DNA from: a virus
Taxonomy: Duplodnaviria; Caudoviricetes
DNA length: 54,253 nt
IMG/VR virus record: IMGVR_UViG_3300025018_000183
Span: 1 to 54,253 of that record
Strand: one strand, 5' to 3'
Positions within the stretch are counted from its first letter, which is position 1; each line of letters opens with the position of its first letter. Position numbers and translations under genes: made by a program. Shown piece after piece: positions 1 to 7,779 of this stretch. The notes below the pieces were generated by a model that saw only the letters and a list, made by a program, of their open reading frames with translations, searched no databases and was not told the DNA's origin.

Positions 1-126
1 CATGAAAGCAGTAACACTGGCAATCGCCAGAAGCATAACGGATAGTCAACGACATGCTAAATCGTTTCCGCCATGGCGGCATCAGGTCATCTAGACGCAC
101 GTCGCCGAAAAAATGCACCAGACCTA

Positions 127-155
127 TTGACATGTCTAGTTGATCTGTGTATAAT
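127..155 (+). promoter_or_regulatory. sigma70-type early promoter
   Basis: TTGACA-17nt-TATAAT upstream of ORF 198. Confidence 0.8.
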
Positions 156-197
156 AAATTTGTAAACATCAATATATCTCTATAAGGTTGATTCGTA

Positions 198-467
198 ATG
201 AATGATTCAAATTATCGGTATGATGTACGTGTTCTCGAAAAAATGGTCGAACTGAATGAACGTATTATTCAAGCAAAGACCGATCGACTCGATTATACTG
301 AAGATTCTGAAGATTCTGAAGAATTGAGAGCATCGATCTTCGAAGATCGAATCGTGAATATGCAGCTAATGGCACTGATTTGTAATGATGGCGTTGCTGA
401 TAAGAATCAATATCATCCGTTTGGTATCTATTACGCCGTTACCGCAAAGGATATGGGGATTTCGTAA
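198..467 (+). CDS. hypothetical protein
   Basis: 89-aa ORF with AAGG RBS, after promoter. Confidence 0.7.
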   Translation: MNDSNYRYDVRVLEKMVELNERIIQAKTDRLDYTEDSEDSEELRASIFEDRIVNMQLMALICNDGVADKNQYHPFGIYYAVTAKDMGIS

Positions 468-826
468 TGAGTTATGATGTATACATCATTGATCGTGAAG
501 GGAATGTCTTGAATGATACTTCACCGCAGATTACACGCGGCGGTACTTACAGTCTGGGCGATTCGGGTCGGGCGGAATTGAACATCACCTATAATTATAG
601 CGGCTTGATTTGCGCAGCATTAGCGAAAGATTCGGGCCTGCGATCCCTCGATGGACGCATGTGTAGGGATACGATCAATGATCTTGTTCAAGCCATTATG
701 ATACTTGATGATAACGTTCATGATGATGATGATTGGGTTGCAACCGAAGGTAATGCTCGTCTCGCACTCACGCAATTGCTACTCATGGCATTACATAATC
801 CTTATGGTTATTGGAATATCGTATAA
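467..826 (+). CDS. phage hypothetical protein
   Basis: 119 aa, TAATG coupling to upstream ORF. Confidence 0.75.
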   Translation: MSYDVYIIDREGNVLNDTSPQITRGGTYSLGDSGRAELNITYNYSGLICAALAKDSGLRSLDGRMCRDTINDLVQAIMILDDNVHDDDDWVATEGNARLALTQLLLMALHNPYGYWNIV

Positions 827-858
827 ATATTGACATAACTTGATAAACAGATTAGAAT
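822..858 (+). promoter_or_regulatory. tandem T4 late promoter (TATAAATA) and sigma70 promoter at head of tRNA array
   Basis: TATAAATA 822-829; TTGACA 830-835, 17 nt, TAGAAT 853-858. Confidence 0.7.
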
Positions 859-869
859 AAATATTCAAT

Positions 870-943
870 ATGGGTGGCAGATATGGTATCGGGCAGGTCT
901 CCAAAACCTCGCCGAGTGAGTTCGATTCTCACCGCCCATGCCA
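870..943 (+). tRNA. tRNA-Trp(CCA)
   Basis: anticodon arm aggt-ctCCAaa-acct, TTCGA T-loop, encoded CCA. Confidence 0.85.
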
Positions 944-947
944 TTCT

Positions 948-1024
948 GCGCGCATGTTGTTTAACGGCTAGCATGCTTGGCTTCCAACCAAGCGGTATCG
1001 GTTCGAATCCGATTGTGCGCTCCA
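948..1024 (+). tRNA. tRNA-Gly(TCC)
   Basis: cttgg-ctTCCaa-ccaag, T-loop, CCA. Confidence 0.9.
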
Positions 1025-1095
1025 ATTTGAGATAGGAGACGTTGTATGATTTTGCATACAGAAATCAGCGACACGTGGAAAGTTTAGGGTAGATT

Positions 1096-1308
1096 ATGAT
1101 TCATTGTGTGTATATGATTTTGCATAAAGAAACAGGTGAGGCATGGAAAACTCCTAACGGTAAAATGTTTTGGCGCGAAAAGAGACATGCCTCAAATGCT
1201 TGGACATGTCATAATGAATATTACTGTCGAGCACGACGAATAACGATTACAAATAAGATCGCCGATAGTGAGTATCATGTTGTGAAATGCGAGGTCGTAC
1301 CAGTTTAG
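1096..1308 (+). CDS. hypothetical protein within tRNA array
   Basis: 70-aa ORF between tRNAs with RBS; a diverged copy of its 5' end lies at about 1043-1082. Confidence 0.6.
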   Translation: MIHCVYMILHKETGEAWKTPNGKMFWREKRHASNAWTCHNEYYCRARRITITNKIADSEYHVVKCEVVPV

Positions 1309-1314
1309 AATAAT

Positions 1315-1391
1315 GCGGGTGTATCCCAACTGGCAGAGGAAGTGGACTTAAAATCCATTCAGTGTGGGTTCGAATCCCACCACCCGTACCA
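1315..1391 (+). tRNA. tRNA-Leu(TAA), short variable region
   Basis: gtgga-ctTAAaa-tccat, 5-nt variable region, CCA. Confidence 0.9.
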
Positions 1392-1398
1392 AATGAAT

Positions 1399-1472
1399 GC
1401 CGCCTTGTCCCAATTAGCAGGGGTTAGTTTCAAAAGCGAGATGTTCTCGGTTTGAATACAAGAAGCGGTACG
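1399..1472 (+). pseudogene. decayed tRNA, possibly Leu(CAA)
   Basis: Leu-like D arm (tcccaattagcaggg), broken anticodon and T stems, no CCA. Confidence 0.45.
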
Positions 1473-1477
1473 GAATT

Positions 1478-1553
1478 GGCCATGTAGTGTAACGGATAGC
1501 ACACGAAGCTTCTACCTTCGATAGTATGGGTTCGAATCCTATCGTGGCCGCCA
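1478..1553 (+). tRNA. tRNA-Arg(TCT)
   Basis: cgaag-ctTCTac-cttcg, CCA. Confidence 0.9.
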
Positions 1554-1562
1554 ATTTATTGT

Positions 1563-1643
1563 TGTTGTGGAATGATTGTCACGTTTGTCTGAGAGGTCAG
1601 TACCCGATCGGGTATGAAAGCTCAAATCTATCCATCAGCACCA
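1563..1643 (+). ncRNA. CCA-ended non-cloverleaf RNA candidate or tRNA relic
   Basis: tgttg-tgga pairs with tcca-t-cagca, then CCA; internal tacccg/cgggta palindrome. Confidence 0.35.
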
Positions 1644-1655
1644 GAGTTTTGTTTT

Positions 1656-1737
1656 GTCTTGTTAGTGTTAATGGGAGCACAATATCTTGATAAGATATAA
1701 GATATAAGAACAGGCTCGAATCCTGTACAAGGCACTA
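1656..1737 (+). pseudogene. decayed tRNA-Ile(GAT)
   Basis: intact stems but 7-nt tandem duplication (taagata), T-loop CTCGA, 3' end CTA. Confidence 0.65.
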
Positions 1738-1863
1738 AATATATCTAGTGAAACGATAATGATCGTTGAATGAATCATCTATAATTAGATACACGGGTAA
1801 GTTCAGATTAGAATATATACACAAAGCTGATTGCGTAAAAGCAGCTGATTGCAATCTGGCTTT

Positions 1864-1939
1864 GGGTCGAATGGCAAGTGGTTGCTGGTCCGCCTGTAAA
1901 GCGATTACCTACGGGGTTCGACTCCCTGACGGCCCACCA
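1864..1939 (+). tRNA. tRNA-Tyr(GTA), short variable region
   Basis: cgc-ctGTAaa-gcg, T-arm, CCA; imperfect anticodon stem. Confidence 0.75.
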
Positions 1940-1945
1940 AATTAT

Positions 1946-2020
1946 TGCGAGTTACTATTAATGGGAAATGGGCAGGCTCATATCCTACCGTAAAGGGTTC
2001 GATTCCCTTACTCGCGACCA
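1946..2020 (+). tRNA. tRNA-Met(CAT)
   Basis: agg-ctCATat-cct, acceptor tgcgagt/actcgcg, CCA; initiator vs elongator unresolved. Confidence 0.8.
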
Positions 2021-2026
2021 ATTAAT

Positions 2027-2103
2027 GCCGACGTAGCCCAATTGGCAGAGGCGATGGTCTTAGAAGCCATTTAGTGTGGGTTCGAATCCCACCGTCGGTA
2101 CCA
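2027..2103 (+). tRNA. tRNA-Leu(TAG), short variable region
   Basis: atggt-ctTAGaa-gccat, CCA. Confidence 0.9.
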
Positions 2104-2119
2104 AATCAACAAATCGGAA

Positions 2120-2374
2120 ATGAATATAAATATGTCGATATCTGCGCGTCTTGCTGCGAAGATTCGTAATGAATTCCGTTCATTGCGTGTCACTATTGCC
2201 GACTGCGTTATCACTATCATGGGTCTGTGTAATAAAGTAGAATGCGATGCATTGATTCTCGACATCAAGTCGATTATTCGTGATTCCTTTGAAGGTAAAA
2301 TTAAGGACACGGAATATTACTCGAACGATTGTCTTCAAGTAGTTCCGATTCCTGAGACTGCTCGTATTATGTAA
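2120..2374 (+). CDS. hypothetical protein within tRNA array
   Basis: 84-aa ORF filling the gap between Leu and Ser tRNAs. Confidence 0.55.
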   Translation: MNINMSISARLAAKIRNEFRSLRVTIADCVITIMGLCNKVECDALILDIKSIIRDSFEGKIKDTEYYSNDCLQVVPIPETARIM

Positions 2375-2387
2375 TCGTTGTGAATTT

Positions 2388-2471
2388 GGAGGATAGCGTG
2401 CTGGGCACGAACTGGTCTTGAAAATCAGGCCGCTGGAAACGGTGATCGTTCGATTCGATTATCCTCCGCCA
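2388..2471 (+). tRNA. tRNA-Ser(TGA)
   Basis: ctggt-ctTGAaa-atcag, long variable arm with GAAA loop, CCA. Confidence 0.9.
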
Positions 2472-2481
2472 ATGTTTGTTC

Positions 2482-2544
2482 TGCTGTTATGATCTAAGAA
2501 ACTGTTATTCGCGAGTAATGGTTCGTGGCCGGATGACAGCACCA
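2482..2544 (+). ncRNA. CCA-ended mini RNA candidate or tRNA relic
   Basis: tgctgttat pairs with atgacagca, then CCA; same CAGCACCA end as the 1563-1643 element. Confidence 0.35.
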
Positions 2545-2553
2545 ATCTTTAAA

Positions 2554-2623
2554 TGCACAACGGCTAGTGAAACATTTATTTACCGATAAATAGTTATGAG
2601 TTCGAATCTCAGACGACGCACCG
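2554..2623 (+). pseudogene. tRNA relic
   Basis: T-arm tgag-ttcgaat-ctca and anticodon-like stem; acceptor and D arm broken. Confidence 0.4.
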
Positions 2624-2633
2624 AAGTTTCAAT

Positions 2634-2707
2634 GCCCATGTAGCTTAATGGTAGAGCAATCGGCTGATAACCGATAGATGAAGGTTCGATTCCTTACTTG
2701 GGTACCA
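2634..2707 (+). tRNA. tRNA-Ile(GAT)
   Basis: atcgg-ctGATaa-ccgat, CCA. Confidence 0.9.
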
Positions 2708-2799
2708 ATTTAATCTGTGTGTACAGACAGAATTACAGGCCTAGTATACAAATCGGCCGTAATACAAACATACAACTGCATTTAACATAGGAGACTATA

Positions 2800-2937
2800 A
2801 TGAGCGGTGAAACAAATACTAACCAAGATACGACTGAAGATCAGACACAGAATGATACGAATCAGACGGATAATCAAGAACCTGAATCTGAAACTCAAGT
2901 TAACAAAGCAAAGATGGCCGATAAGGCATTGAATTAA
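2800..2937 (+). CDS. 45-aa acidic peptide (MSGETNTNQDTTED...)
   Basis: AGGAGA RBS; open to TAA; below the ORF-track cutoff. Confidence 0.6.
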   Translation: MSGETNTNQDTTEDQTQNDTNQTDNQEPESETQVNKAKMADKALN

Positions 2938-2938
2938 T

Positions 2939-3026
2939 CGCGAAGTGTGTCGTGGCACTTAATATATACACGACTGAGGACATGGGTAACATAACTTCCC
3001 ATGAGGAGTGGCGGTTACTCGCGCCA
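2939..3026 (+). ncRNA. structured CCA-ended RNA candidate
   Basis: closing stem cgcga/tcgcg plus CCA; hairpins gtcgtg/cacgac and catggg/cccatg. Confidence 0.5.
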
Positions 3027-3038
3027 CGATCATTTATT

Positions 3039-3127
3039 GGAGTCGTGACAGTGTGGTTAATTGTGGCAGTTTGCTAAAGTGGTGTCGGGAAACCGGCACG
3101 TAGGTTCGAATCCTGCCGACTCTGCCA
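3039..3127 (+). tRNA. tRNA-Ser(GCT)
   Basis: GCT anticodon, long variable arm, T-arm, CCA. Confidence 0.85.
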
Positions 3128-3197
3128 ATCACCCCTGATGCCTCCAGAGAGGTTTTTGGTCTAAATCTGTATAATACTGTCAGTTGTGTATAAATAC

Positions 3198-3363
3198 CGC
3201 TAGAACTGCATTTCTAAGTAGTTGATTTTGTTCATATTTATCTACACTCGCGTAAGTTATTGATTTTGTTACTAAAATGATAATAATTGAAGATTTCTTG
3301 TTTTAGCTATTGACAAATCAAAATGATTGTGGTATAATGAATTCAACAAATGGTAAAACACAC
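3198..3363 (+). promoter_or_regulatory. cassette copy: twin IHF-like sites, sigma70 promoter, conserved leader
   Basis: TAAGTAGTTGATT and TAAGTTATTGATT; TTGACA 3310, 17 nt, TATAAT 3333; leader tcaacaaatggtaaaacacac. Confidence 0.8.
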
Positions 3364-3484
3364 TGGGAATTGAAATGCTTCTTAATATCGTGAATGTTCT
3401 TACTGAAGAAATCGATTCAAATACCAGGCGGTTGATTTAATGTCGTAGTCATTAATCACAATGCTTAATGATGAGTAGATTATT

Positions 3485-3578
3485 GCTCCGGTAGTGTAAT
3501 TGGAAGCACGACGGGACTTATACCCCCGATACGCCAGATTAGCGGTTAGCGAAGGTTCGATTCCTTCCTGGAGCACCA
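3485..3578 (+). tRNA. tRNA with TAT anticodon (Ile AUA) and long variable arm
   Basis: acceptor gctccgg/ctggagc, cggga-ctTATac-ccccg, about 21-nt variable region, T-arm, CCA. Confidence 0.8.
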
Positions 3579-3587
3579 ATATAATAA

Positions 3588-3664
3588 CTCTGTGTAGCTC
3601 AATTTGGCAGAGCTCTGTCTTTGGGAGTCAGTTGTTGGGGGTTCGAATCCCTCCACAGAGACCA
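3588..3664 (+). tRNA. tRNA-Pro(TGG)
   Basis: TGG anticodon, C1 start, CCA. Confidence 0.9.
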
Positions 3665-3699
3665 AATAAAAACCTAGCGCAGCACTTATAATTTAGGTG

Positions 3700-3791
3700 A
3701 GTTGGCCGACCAGTCGCCGGAAGACTGGAGAGAGTTGGGACTCTGGAGTATGTAGGTCTAGGCCGGGCATATTCGTAAAAGAAAGGCCCCA
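3700..3791 (+). ncRNA. multi-hairpin CCA-ended RNA candidate
   Basis: ggcc...ggccCCA ends; hairpins ccagtc/gactgg, agagt/actct, gagtatgt/gcatattc. Confidence 0.45.
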
Positions 3792-3795
3792 TAAT

Positions 3796-3870
3796 GGAGC
3801 TTTAGCTGAGATGGATTAGCGTTCGCCTGAAGAGCGAAAGAGGTAAGTTCGATACTTACAGGCTCCACCA
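3796..3870 (+). tRNA. tRNA-Phe(GAA)
   Basis: ttcgc-ctGAAga-gcgaa, CCA. Confidence 0.9.
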
Positions 3871-3882
3871 ATTTTAGCAGTA

Positions 3883-3945
3883 GTATGCGCCTGTCCCGGC
3901 GTAGAAAATACGGGTCAACTTAGGTCAGTTGAGACAGGATACATT
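3883..3945 (+). ncRNA. three-way-junction RNA candidate
   Basis: cctgtc/gacagg enclosing cgta/tacg and tcaact/agttga. Confidence 0.4.
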
Positions 3946-4014
3946 TTGAGACGAGTGAGGAATACTAGTGAGTACTCATGAGTTGGACGAGTCACGGCCT
4001 TAGAATTTAATATT

Positions 4015-4091
4015 GCTCCCGTCGTCTACGATGGCTAGGATATCTCCCTTTCAAGGAGAGGAACGGAGATCGACACTCCGCGGGAGCACCA
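4015..4091 (+). tRNA. tRNA-Glu(TTC)
   Basis: tctcc-ctTTCaa-ggaga, ATCGA T-loop, CCA. Confidence 0.9.
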
Positions 4092-4097
4092 ATTTAT

Positions 4098-4173
4098 GGT
4101 GTAGATAGTGTTAGCGGTGAGCACGGCTGTCTGTGAAACAGTTAGGCAGGGTTCGAATCCCGTCTACACCCCA
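4098..4173 (+). tRNA. tRNA-His(GTG)
   Basis: encoded G-1, C73, GTG anticodon, CCA. Confidence 0.9.
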
Positions 4174-4180
4174 TACATAA

Positions 4181-4326
4181 AGCCTAGGCTAATTGCGTTA
4201 AATGGATATAGCAATTTAGTTCGCTGTGCCCCACTACGGCGATTGAATTAGGATAAGAGGTGTCATATTAATGTATATCTGCTCTATAGCATCGCATCCC
4301 GTTAATATGATCCTAAGTAAGGGCGT
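4181..4326 (+). ncRNA. multi-stem RNA candidate
   Basis: stems aattgc/gcaatt, tcgctgt/acggcga, ttaggat/atcctaa, tcatattaatg/cgttaatatga. Confidence 0.45.
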
Positions 4327-4334
4327 TAAATTTT

Positions 4335-4409
4335 GGACCGGTAGCTATCGCGGGAAAGCGGGTGGCTGTTAACCATCGAAGCTGAGTTCGACTCTCAGAC
4401 GGTCCGCCA
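4335..4409 (+). tRNA. tRNA-Asn(GTT)
   Basis: ggtgg-ctGTTaa-ccatc, CCA. Confidence 0.9.
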
Positions 4410-4418
4410 AATTGATTG

Positions 4419-4447
4419 TTGACATTTAATTTCAATTAGTGTAGAAT
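4419..4447 (+). promoter_or_regulatory. sigma70 promoter
   Basis: TTGACA-17nt-TAGAAT just before tRNA-Lys. Confidence 0.7.
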
Positions 4448-4455
4448 TGATTATT

Positions 4456-4529
4456 GGGTTGCTAGTTCAATGGCAGAACATGTGGCTTTTAACCACTCAA
4501 TCAGGGTTCGATTCCCTGGCGACCCACCA
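4456..4529 (+). tRNA. tRNA-Lys(TTT)
   Basis: gtgg-ctTTTaa-ccac, CCA. Confidence 0.9.
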
Positions 4530-4536
4530 AGTATTT

Positions 4537-4613
4537 GTGGCTGTAGTTTAACTGGCGAAAATGCTTCCCTGTCACGGAAGAAGATACGGGTTCGAATCCC
4601 GTCGGCCGCGCCA
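4537..4613 (+). tRNA. tRNA-Asp(GTC)
   Basis: cttcc-ctGTCac-ggaag, CCA. Confidence 0.9.
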
Positions 4614-4620
4614 AGTTATT

Positions 4621-4696
4621 GTGGCCGTAGCTCAATTGGATAGAGCGTTTGCCTACGAAGCAAGCAGATGGGGTTCGAGTCCCTCCGACCGCGCCA
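4621..4696 (+). tRNA. tRNA-Arg(ACG)
   Basis: tttgc-ctACGaa-gcaag, CCA. Confidence 0.88.
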
Positions 4697-4704
4697 AGTA
4701 TAAT

Positions 4705-4780
4705 GCCGCCATAGTTTAAATGGCGAAAACAGTTGCCTTGTAAGCATCAGTTCTCAGTTCGATCCTGAGTGGCGGCTCCA
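4705..4780 (+). tRNA. tRNA-Thr(TGT)
   Basis: TGT anticodon, acceptor gccgcca/tggcggc, CCA. Confidence 0.9.
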
Positions 4781-4811
4781 AAATAAAATGTTGATATTGT
4801 GAAAATAACTA

Positions 4812-4840
4812 TTGACGTTTAATGTTTAATAGTTTAGAAT
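4812..4840 (+). promoter_or_regulatory. sigma70 promoter for TROVE gene
   Basis: TTGACG-17nt-TAGAAT. Confidence 0.6.
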
Positions 4841-4957
4841 AATTTTTGAGATCGACGAAACGCCGAAGTTTGAGCGGGTACGGCAAAACAGCTACAGCAA
4901 ACCGAACCTCGTCTTATAGCCGAACTACTATTGTCCAGATAATGTGAGATTATAACA

Positions 4958-6401
4958 ATGAATACTTTTATTGAAAATATGGATGACTTCGAGAATACTA
5001 CCGTTACTGATAATGGTATGAAAGCTCTGAAGTCATCAAAGTCTGCGTTGGTTGATTTGTTTTTTGAAATCGGTTCATCGCGTAAAGTTGATCTAACGCC
5101 ATTGTTCGAGAGAGCATTGCTTGAAGATCGCGATCTTGCGATTCAAATTGTTTTACATGCTCGCGATGCTCGCGATGCTCGTGAAGGGATGGGTGAACGT
5201 AAGACTTCACGTAATCTATTGCGTCTTCATAAGTTCACATTATAATGCCACATATGTAGAAGCAAAAAACATCGCAGAAGTTCTGATGAATGTTGGGCGT
5301 TTTGATGATCTCTTTAATGTTTTCATCGATACACCGTATGTAAATGTTATGCTTCTATTGTATCATAGAGAACTACAGAATAAGAATTTGCTCGCAGTGA
5401 AGTGGGCTCCACGCGAAAGCTCACGCGATTCGCGTCGGCGATATTATGCTAAGGTATTTCGTGAGTATCTCGATATTTCACCGCGATATTATCGACGAAT
5501 GTTAGCGAAACTAAATGATGTTGTTGAAAATAAAATGTCGGCTCGTCGATGGAATGAGATCGATTATAACCAAGTACCAAGTATCGCGTCGGCTCGTTAT
5601 CAGAATGCGTTTCGTCGCAACGATAGTCTTCGCTATGATACGTATGTCAATTCGCTAGTTAAGGGTGAATCAAAGATTAATGCTGGAGCGATCTTTCCAC
5701 ATGATGTCGTGCGAAGCGCAATCAACGGTGACAATAGAGTAGCAACACAACAATGGAAAGCGTTGCCAGATTTTATTAATGAAATGAGTTTTCTACCGAT
5801 TATTGATACGTCGGGTTCGATGACCGCGACAATTGATAAGAATTCAGCTACAAGAGCCGTTGATGTCGCGGTTTCACTCGGTTTGTATTGTTCGGAACGA
5901 AATAAGAGTGCATTTCGAAATCGTATGTTGACGTTTGACTCAACACCGAAGTGGCATATTGATAACGATAAGAATAGTCTTCTTGCTCGTTTTGAAAGTG
6001 TTTATCGTTTGCCTTGGGGTTTTAATACAAGCCTAAGTAAAGCTTTAGAACTAATTCTTAGCGTTGCTGTTGAGAATGAAGTATCGCCCGATGATATGCC
6101 TGATGCATTATTGATTCTATCCGATATGCAATTCGATGCGGCTGGTAAATATACTGCATATACAATGATCGAGGAAAAGTACAATGCATCGGGTTACAAG
6201 ATGCCTGTGATCATTTGGTGGAATATTATGGGTTCAGGAAATCATATTCCAGTTGAGTTCAATCGAAACGGGAGTGCAGGGATTTCAGGTTATAGCCCAG
6301 CAATTATGAAGTCGGTGTTTTCTGGTGATCTTAAGAACATCACGCCATATACTTTGATGTACGACGCAGTATCGTCTGACAGATATCGTTGGACGAACTA
6401 A
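4958..6401 (+). CDS. TROVE/Ro60-like (DUF2828-type) RNA-binding protein with vWA domain, split by a +1 frameshift near 5225
   Basis: first ORF has TDNG..., RDxRxGxGER; second ORF has GRFDD, AVKWAPRE, MIDAS DTSGSM, LSDMQFD, WWN. Confidence 0.8.
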
Positions 6402-6472
6402 GCCCAGGGTGCAGGGCACGGACGACCATTACAAGGTTGTCTTGCCAGGTTCGAGTCCTGGACTGGGTACCA
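6402..6472 (+). tRNA. tRNA-Val(TAC), compact D arm
   Basis: cgacc-atTACaa-ggttg, T-arm, CCA; begins directly after the TROVE stop codon. Confidence 0.8.
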
Positions 6473-6473
6473 T

Positions 6474-6630
6474 TCAGAAACTGGGACAGCTGAAGTCAGG
6501 ATACGTTGGAGATAATTTTTTCGGGAATTACATAAAATCGATTAATGAATTAGAATACATGGTCAGCCGAAAGTGATCACGCAAAATCGAATAGCCTATT
6601 TTGTGTGTAGTAAAGCCTGATAGTTTCTGA
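6474..6630 (+). ncRNA. end-paired structured RNA candidate
   Basis: tcagaaact/agtttctga closing stem, tcagg/cctga and inner hairpins. Confidence 0.45.
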
Positions 6631-6697
6631 TTATATAGAGACCTTCGGTTGGGTCTTGATGATACAACATGACGGGGACGTGTCCGTAACACGTACT

Positions 6698-6770
6698 AGG
6701 GGTGAAGAGCAAATGGCTGCGCCGCGATGCTTTGAACTTCGCGAAGTTGGTTCGATTCCAACCACCCCTT
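6698..6770 (+). tRNA. tRNA-Gln(TTG)
   Basis: acceptor aggggtg/cacccct, TTG anticodon, T-arm; CCA not encoded. Confidence 0.75.
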
Positions 6771-6894
6771 CATATTTATAAATAGTGATAGATGAAATAT
6801 TTCGGGTCACTACGTATAGTTTCAAATGCGTTACAAATGTAGGTTCACTTTTTCGGTATCATAAGTTGGTTTGATCTGAATGTTTTGAGAGAGA

Positions 6895-6908
6895 TATAAA
6901 TATAAATA
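6895..6908 (+). promoter_or_regulatory. overlapping T4 late promoters
   Basis: TATAAATA at 6895 and 6901. Confidence 0.55.
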
Positions 6909-7039
6909 GAATCGTATGCAGATCATACCATGGACACGCGAGGAAAATCTAGACGTGTTAAAGGCGAGGCACGTATTCGAGTTTCATGAAAGCGATGATA
7001 TACTATCATCCTGCGCTAATAATGACACGAATTGAGTTT

Positions 7040-7116
7040 GTTCCTGTCGTCTACGCTGGCTAGGATACCATCCTCTCAAGATGGAGAAGGGAGATCAACA
7101 CTCCCCAGGAACGCCA
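7040..7116 (+). tRNA. tRNA-Glu(CTC)
   Basis: ccatc-ctCTCaa-gatgg, CCA; similar to Glu(TTC) at 4015. Confidence 0.88.
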
Positions 7117-7138
7117 CTATAACAAAAAAGGATTGCAC

Positions 7139-7675
7139 ATGGATTTTATTGTTTCTTTTTCGATTCCGCTGATTGTTATTGTATTGCTTTTAGCAATTGG
7201 TCGTCTAACAGTTTTTCCAAAATTCAAATGGAAAGTGTATGGCAAGAATTCATCCTTTACTGGTGTGAATACTTTATTCTACGCAAATGCAGATCCATTT
7301 AAATTATATCCACTTTCAATCGCGGCACAAGAAATCGCTGAGTCACATTATAAGTGGAATCCGATTCATCTATTTAAACGATTAAGCTCCGATAAAGGCA
7401 AAAGAAACACGGAAGCATTTGGTCGCACTGTTGAAATTGAAGCATTGATCAGCATTTATCGCGAAAGTAGATCACGAGATCAATTGTATTCGACGTATGC
7501 TATATTTTTAAATAGAACATATCCAGCGTTTAAGAAAACAAGTGTTTCAGATATTGTTGAACTTCTTCGTAAGACCACCCCGGCCGCTAAGAAATGGTGG
7601 GAGAAGAATAACAAATATATACTGTCACTTGAAAAAAGTAGATTGCAATTAATTGAGAAACATACTGCGAAATAG
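7139..7675 (+). CDS. N-terminally membrane-anchored hypothetical protein
   Basis: hydrophobic N-terminus, AAGGA RBS. Confidence 0.7.
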   Translation: MDFIVSFSIPLIVIVLLLAIGRLTVFPKFKWKVYGKNSSFTGVNTLFYANADPFKLYPLSIAAQEIAESHYKWNPIHLFKRLSSDKGKRNTEAFGRTVEIEALISIYRESRSRDQLYSTYAIFLNRTYPAFKKTSVSDIVELLRKTTPAAKKWWEKNNKYILSLEKSRLQLIEKHTAK

Positions 7676-7750
7676 TCAAACGTCGCGATATTTGACTGTC
7701 ACCGAAGCTAGTAGTTCTGGTTTAAATCTAGATTCCTCAACTATAACGAA

Positions 7751-7774
7751 ATACGGTCACTTCGGTGACCGTAT
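7751..7774. terminator. UUCG hairpin, probable terminator
   Basis: atacggtcac-TTCG-gtgaccgtat perfect 10-bp stem. Confidence 0.65.
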
Positions 7775-7779
7775 ATGTC

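Noticed and set aside
2975-3010. CTGAGGA between two stems, suggesting a hammerhead ribozyme
   Set aside because: The required GAAA after stem II is absent.
1766-3691. ORF-track ORFs 1766-1993, 2071-2310 and 3500-3691 (also 6631-6825)
   Set aside because: They overlap clear tRNA genes and are shadow ORFs.
870-7116. Suppressor tRNA or alternative genetic code
   Set aside because: No CTA, TTA or TCA anticodon found, and core genes read intact in the standard code.
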